A DNA stretch of 64,000 nucleotides from the human T2T-CHM13v2.0 reference genome, Homo sapiens: the NCBI RefSeq assembly GCF_009914755.1, contig NC_060947.1; one strand, written 5' to 3'. Positions 58,900-64,000 of the stretch are shown in pieces; the stretch's first letter is position 1; each line of letters begins with the position of its first letter. The notes below the pieces were generated by a model. The model was not told the DNA's origin. It did not search any database and worked only from the letters and a program-made list of their open reading frames with translations. The translations under genes were made by a program, and so were the position numbers.

Positions 58900-61780
58900 G
58901 GCCAGGTCCCTTTCAGGAAGGACCCCACTATACTATCAACAATTTGTGCTGTTAATCTTTCTCTCATCCTTCCTCAAAGAGACCTCTGGCCTTTTACCAG
59001 GGTAACTATACATTGAGGAATGGGAAATGATCAGACATTTTCGGGACTACTGGACACTGGCTTTGAGCTGATATTGATTCCACGGGACCCAAAACGTCAT
59101 TGTGGTCCTCCAGTTGAAGTAAGGTCAGGTAATTAATAAAGTTTTAGTTCAGGTCCAACTTATAGTGGGTCCAGTGTGTCCCCGGACTTATCCTATGTTC
59201 ATTTCTCCAGTGCCACAATGCATAGTTGGCATAGACATACTGAGCAACAGGCAGAATCCGGACTTTGGCTCCCTGACTGGTAGGGTGAGGTCTATTATGG
59301 TGGGAAAGACCAAATGGAAGCCATTAAACCTGCCTCTACGTAGAAAAATAGCAAATCAAAAAAAATCACAAACATTAAAAAATTAAAAATAAATTACATC
59401 GCGATTTATTTAACCAAGGAAGTGAAAGATGCATATACAGAAAACTAAAAAAGAGAGATTAGTGCCACCATTAAGGACTTGAGAAATGCAGGGGTGGTGA
59501 TTCTCATCACATCCTCATTCAACTTTCCCTTTGGCCTGTGCAGAAGATGGATGGATCTTGGACTATGACAGTGGATTATCGTAAGCTTAACCAAGTGGTG
59601 ACTCCAGTTACAGCTGGTGTACTAGATGTGGTTTCACTGCTTGAGCAAATTAACACATGGCTCGTATGTGTTATGGCTGCATATCTCTTGGTACCTGATA
59701 TGCAGCCATTGATTTGGCAAACGTCTTTCTCCATTCTTGTCCATAAGGCCCACCAGAAGCAATTTGCCTTCAGCTGGCAAGGCCAGTAATATACCTTTAC
59801 TGCTGTACCTCAGGGGTATATCAACTCTCTGGCTTTGGTTCATGATCTTGTTCAGAGAGATCTTGATCAATTTTCCCTTCCACAAGATATTATACTGTTC
59901 CATTACATTGATGACATTATGCTGACTGGATCCAGTGAGCGAGAAGTAGCAATTCACTGGACTTACTGGTAAGACATTTGCGTGCCAGAGAATGGAAAAT
60001 AAATCCTACTAAAATTCAAGGACCCTGTACCTCAGCAAAATTTATAGGGGACTGGTGGTGTGGAGCCTGATGAGATATTCCATCTAAGGTGAAAGATAAG
60101 TTGCTGCATTTTGCCCCTCCTACAACCAAGAAAGGGGCACAAGGCCTAGTGTGCCTATTTGAATTTTGGAGGCAACACATTCCTCATTTGGGTATGTTAC
60201 TGCAGCCCATTTATCGAGTGATTTTGGAGCAAGGTCCTGCCATATTCTGCAGGTAACTACTCTCCTTTGAGAGACAACTCTTGGCCTGTTACTGGGCTTT
60301 GGTAGGAAATGAATGTTCAACTATGGGTCATCAAGTCACCATGCAACCTAAACTGCCTATCATGAACTGGGTGCCTTCTGACCCATCCAGCCATAAAAGT
60401 GGGTACATCATCAAAGGGAAGTGGTATATAAGTAATTGGGCTCCAGCAGGTCCTGAAGGCACAAGTAAGTTACATGAGGAAGTGGCTCAAATGCCCATGG
60501 TCTCCTCTCCTGTTACCCTGCCTTTTCTCCCCCAGCCTACACTGATGGCCTCATTGGGAGTTCCCTATGATCAGTTAACAGAGGAAGAGAAGACTAGGGC
60601 CTGGCTTACAAATGGCTCCCCAGGACAGGCAGGCGCCACTTAAAAGTGGACTACTATAGCACTACAGCCCCTTTCCAGGACATCCCTGAAGGACAGTGAC
60701 AGAGGGAAATCTTCCCAGTGGGCAGAACTTCAAGCAGTGCACCTCCTTGTGCACTTTGCTTGGAAGGAGAAAAGGTCAGATCTGCGACAATATACTGATC
60801 ACACATCTGTAGCTTACAGTTTGGCTGTCAAGTCAGGGACTTGGAAGAAGCATCACTGGAAAATTGGTGACAAAGGAATTTGGGGAAGAGGTGTGTGAAT
60901 GGACCTCTCTGAGTGGTAAAAAAAAAAACTGTGAACTGCTTGAGTGAGTGCTCCCCAAAGGTTGAACTCAACTGAGGAGGATTTTAATAATCAAGTGGAA
61001 AGGATGACTCATTCTGTGGACACAACTCAGGCTCTTCCTCCATTCACCCTTGTCATTTCCCAATGGGCTCATGAACAAAGTGGCCATGTTTGCAGGGATG
61101 GAGGTTACACACGGGTGCAGCAACATGGACTTCCATTCACTAAGGCTGACCTGTCTACGGCCACTGTTGGTTGTCCAATTTGCCAGCAGCAGAGACCAAC
61201 ACTGAGCCCTTGATATGGCACCATTCCTTAGGGTGATCAGCCAGCTACTTGGTGACAGGTTGATTATATTGGACCTTTTCCATCATGGAAAGGGCAGGGG
61301 TTTGTCCTCACTGGAATAGATACTTACTCCAGATATGGGTTTGCCTATCCTGCATGCAATGCTTCTGCCAAGACTACCATCCATGGACTCACAGAATGAC
61401 TTATGCACTGTCATGGTATCCCACATAGCATTGTCTTTGACCAAGGCACTCACTTTATGTCTAAAGAAATGCAGCAGTAAGCTCATGCTCATGGATTTCA
61501 CAGGTTTTACCATGTTCCCCATCATCCTAAAGCAGCTGGATTGATAGAATGGTGGAATGGCCTTTTAAGTCACTATTACAATGTCAAGTAATTGACAATA
61601 CTTTGCAGGGCTGGGCAAAAGTTCTCCAGAAGGCTGTGTATTCTCTGAATCAGCTTCCAATATATGGTACTGTTCCTCTCATAGACAGGATTTACGGGTC
61701 CAGGAATCAAGGAGTGGAAGTGGAAGTGACACCACTCACCATCTACTCTAGTGACCTACTAACTAAATTTTTGCTTCCTG
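58900..61780 (+). pseudogene. pol: HERV-L pro-pol (protease, RT, RNase H, integrase), disrupted
   Basis: LLDTG (DTG 59053-59061); WTMTVDYRKLN; VPQGY 59805-59819; YIDD 59904-59915; AWLTNGS and SQWAELQAV (RNase H); HEQSGH...CPIC zinc finger; QVDYIG and DQG integrase core. Confidence 0.9.
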
Positions 61781-61789
61781 TTCTCGTGA

Positions 61790-62100
61790 CATTACGTTCT
61801 GCTGGCCAAGAGGTGTTAGTTCCAGAAGGAGGAACACTGCCACCAGGATACACGACAATGATTCCATTAAATTAGAAGTTAAGATTGCGACCTGGACACT
61901 TTGGGCTCCTCCTAAGTCAATAGGCTAAGAAGGGAGTTACAGTATTGGCTGGGGCAATTGACCCAGAATATCAAGATAAAGTCATTCTACTACTCCACAA
62001 TGGAGGTAATGGAAGAGTATGCGTGGAATACAGGAGATTCCTTAGGTCATCTGTTAGTATTATTATGCCATGTGATTAAGGTCAATGGGAAATGATAAAA
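61790..62100 (+). pseudogene. HERV-L dUTPase, disrupted, downstream of integrase
   Basis: GHFGLL...KKGVTVLAGAIDPEYQD (motif III-like, 61951-61977); in-frame stops. Confidence 0.8.
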
Positions 62101-64000
62101 GCCCAATCCAGGCAGGACTACAAATGGCCCAGAAACTTCAGAAATGAAGGTTTGGGTCAATCTGCCAGGTAAAAATCCATGATCTGCTGAGGTGCTTGCT
62201 AAAGGCAAAGAGAATACAGAATGGGTAGTAGAAGGTATCATCAATACCAGCTATGACCATGAGACCAGTTGAAGAAATGAGAAATGTAATTGTCATGAGT
62301 ATTTCCTCCTTATTTTATTAGTAACAAGTTTGCACATGTATACACTTGTACTAAGAAAATATCTTCATTTTATTTATTTCCTTTATCATGTGATATAAGA
62401 TTTATTGATTTCATATTAGCATTTAAGTGTTTTTAACTTTATGTAACAACATTTAGGTTAAGGATTAGTGTGCTTCTTCTTGTAAGAAGGATAGCTGTAT
62501 TATGATAGGTGTCATTATGACCTTATTATTGTCTTGATTTGAAGATCATGTATGATCTCACGAGATGTGTATGAGTTCAAGTTGACAAAGCGTGGACTTG
62601 TGGTGGTTAATATTGAGTGTCAACTTGATTGGATTGAAGAATGCAAGGAATTGTTCCTGGGTCTGTCTGTGAGGGTGTTGCCAAAGGAGATTAACATTTG
62701 ATTCAGTGGACTGGGACAGGCAGACCCACTCTCAGTCTGGGTGGGAACCATGTAATCTGCTGTCAGCATAAAAAGCAGGCATGGAAAGAGCAGACTTGCT
62801 GAGTCTTCTGGCCTACATTTTTCTCCTGTGTTGGATGCTTTCTGCCCTCAAACATCAGACTTCAAGATTTTCAGCTTGTGAACTTTTGGACTTACACCAG
62901 TGATTTGCTATGGGCTCTCACGCTTTTGGCCACAGACTGAAGGCTGCACTATTAGCTTCACAACTTTTGAGGTTTTAGGACTCAGACTGGTTTCCTGGCT
63001 CCTCAGCTGGAAGTTAGCCTGTTGTGGAACTTCACCTTGTGATCATGTGAGTCAATTTTTTCTAATAAACACTCCTTCATGTATTCATCTATCCTATTAG
63101 TTCTGTGCCTTTAGAGAACCCTGACTAATACAATCATGTATAGAAGGAAGTTACCTTAACACAATTAAGGCCACATAGGATAAACTGACAGCTAACATCA
63201 TATACAATGGTGAAAATTTGAAAGGTTCTTTTCTAAAATAAGGAACAAAATAATGGCACCCACTCTCACTACTTCTGTTCAACATAGTACTGGAATTCAT
63301 AGACAGAGCAATTAGATAATAAAAATAAATAAAAATCTTCCAAGTCAGAAAGTAAGAAATTAAGCTTTCTGGGTCTGCAGATGACCTCATCTTATATGTA
63401 GACAATCTTTAAAAACATCTCCCAAAACTGATAGAACTATTAAATGAATGCAGTAAAGTTAAATGATACAAATGAACTTGCAAAAATTAGTGGTGTTTGT
63501 ATTCACTAACAATGAAGTCTTTAAAGAAAAGAATTCACGAAAACAATCCCATTTCCAAAAGCAAAAAAAATAATAATAATAAATTACTTATCAATATATT
63601 TAACCAAGGAAGTGAAAGACCCATATACTGAAAACTGAGAAACATTGATGAAAGAAAATGAAGAATACACAACTAAATTGAGAGATATCCTATGTTAATG
63701 GATTGAAAGAATTAACATTGTCAAAATGCCATTACTACCCACAGAAATCTATGGATTCAGTGCAATTCCTATCAAAATTCTAATGACGATTTTTACCCAA
63801 ATAGAAAAGAATTTTCAAATTTGTATGGAACCACAAAAAACCTTGTATAGTCAATACAACCTTGAGCAAAAATAGTAAAGCTGAAAATATTACACTACCT
63901 GACTTCAAAATATACTATAAAATGATAGGAATTGAAACAGCATCATACTGTCATTAAAACAGACACATAGATCAATAGAACAAAACAGAAAATCCAAAAA

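Larger units (their letters stand above)
56488..63132 (+). mobile_element. Two-LTR HERV-L provirus with MLT2A2-like LTRs (56488-57019 and 62599-63132)
   Basis: LTR start tg(c/t)g(a/g)tggttaatattgagtgtcaacttgattggattg; end ...ctgac(a/t)aataca; TSD atcaa / atcat; gag-pro-pol-IN-dUTPase relics; no env. Confidence 0.95.
51434..64000 (+). mobile_element. Long decayed L1M/L1MA-type LINE with 5'UTR, ORF1 and ORF2, running off the window; hosts MER2, the 28S retrocopy and HERV-L
   Basis: 5' motif gggacattaacaagatggcagaatag; ORF1-like ~53340-54430; EN-like ~54600-55400; ORF2 resumes at 63133; decayed RT motif tctgcagatgac at 63374-63385. Confidence 0.9.

Noticed and set aside
57060-62100. Domesticated ERV-L gene (Fv1-like gag or a functional dUTPase)
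   Set aside because: Every domain carries multiple stops or frameshifts; the longest ORF fragment is 120 aa.

Overview
AT-rich simian primate (probably human-like) genomic DNA made up mostly of nested, decayed transposable elements. There is no supportable host protein-coding gene, tRNA gene or CRISPR array. From 5' to 3': about 5.6 kb of mostly unique DNA with L2, MIR and MER58 relics; an L1PA15-like LINE carrying an Alu, a second L1 3' end with an Alu in its tail, and a two-LTR THE1D-like MaLR provirus; an oppositely oriented THE1D-like provirus; an L1MA>THE1>MER11 nest; a near-full-length L1MA carrying an MST provirus; a two-LTR MER4 element with an LTR8 inside; and a long L1 with a 27-bp 5'UTR array, carrying a MER2, a 28S rRNA 3'-end retrocopy and a two-LTR HERV-L provirus (decayed gag-pro-pol-IN-dUTPase). 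The most notable observations are: an L1 ORF2 patch inside HERV-L pol that matches the host L1 4.2 kb downstream; five fold-back/templated-insertion scars; the 28S retrocopy; five two-LTR proviruses in about 53 kb; and several DUX4-consensus motifs. I see no evidence of an intact new biological system. Subfamily names come from recalled consensus sequences and need RepeatMasker/Dfam confirmation. Boundaries without a quoted TSD are approximate.
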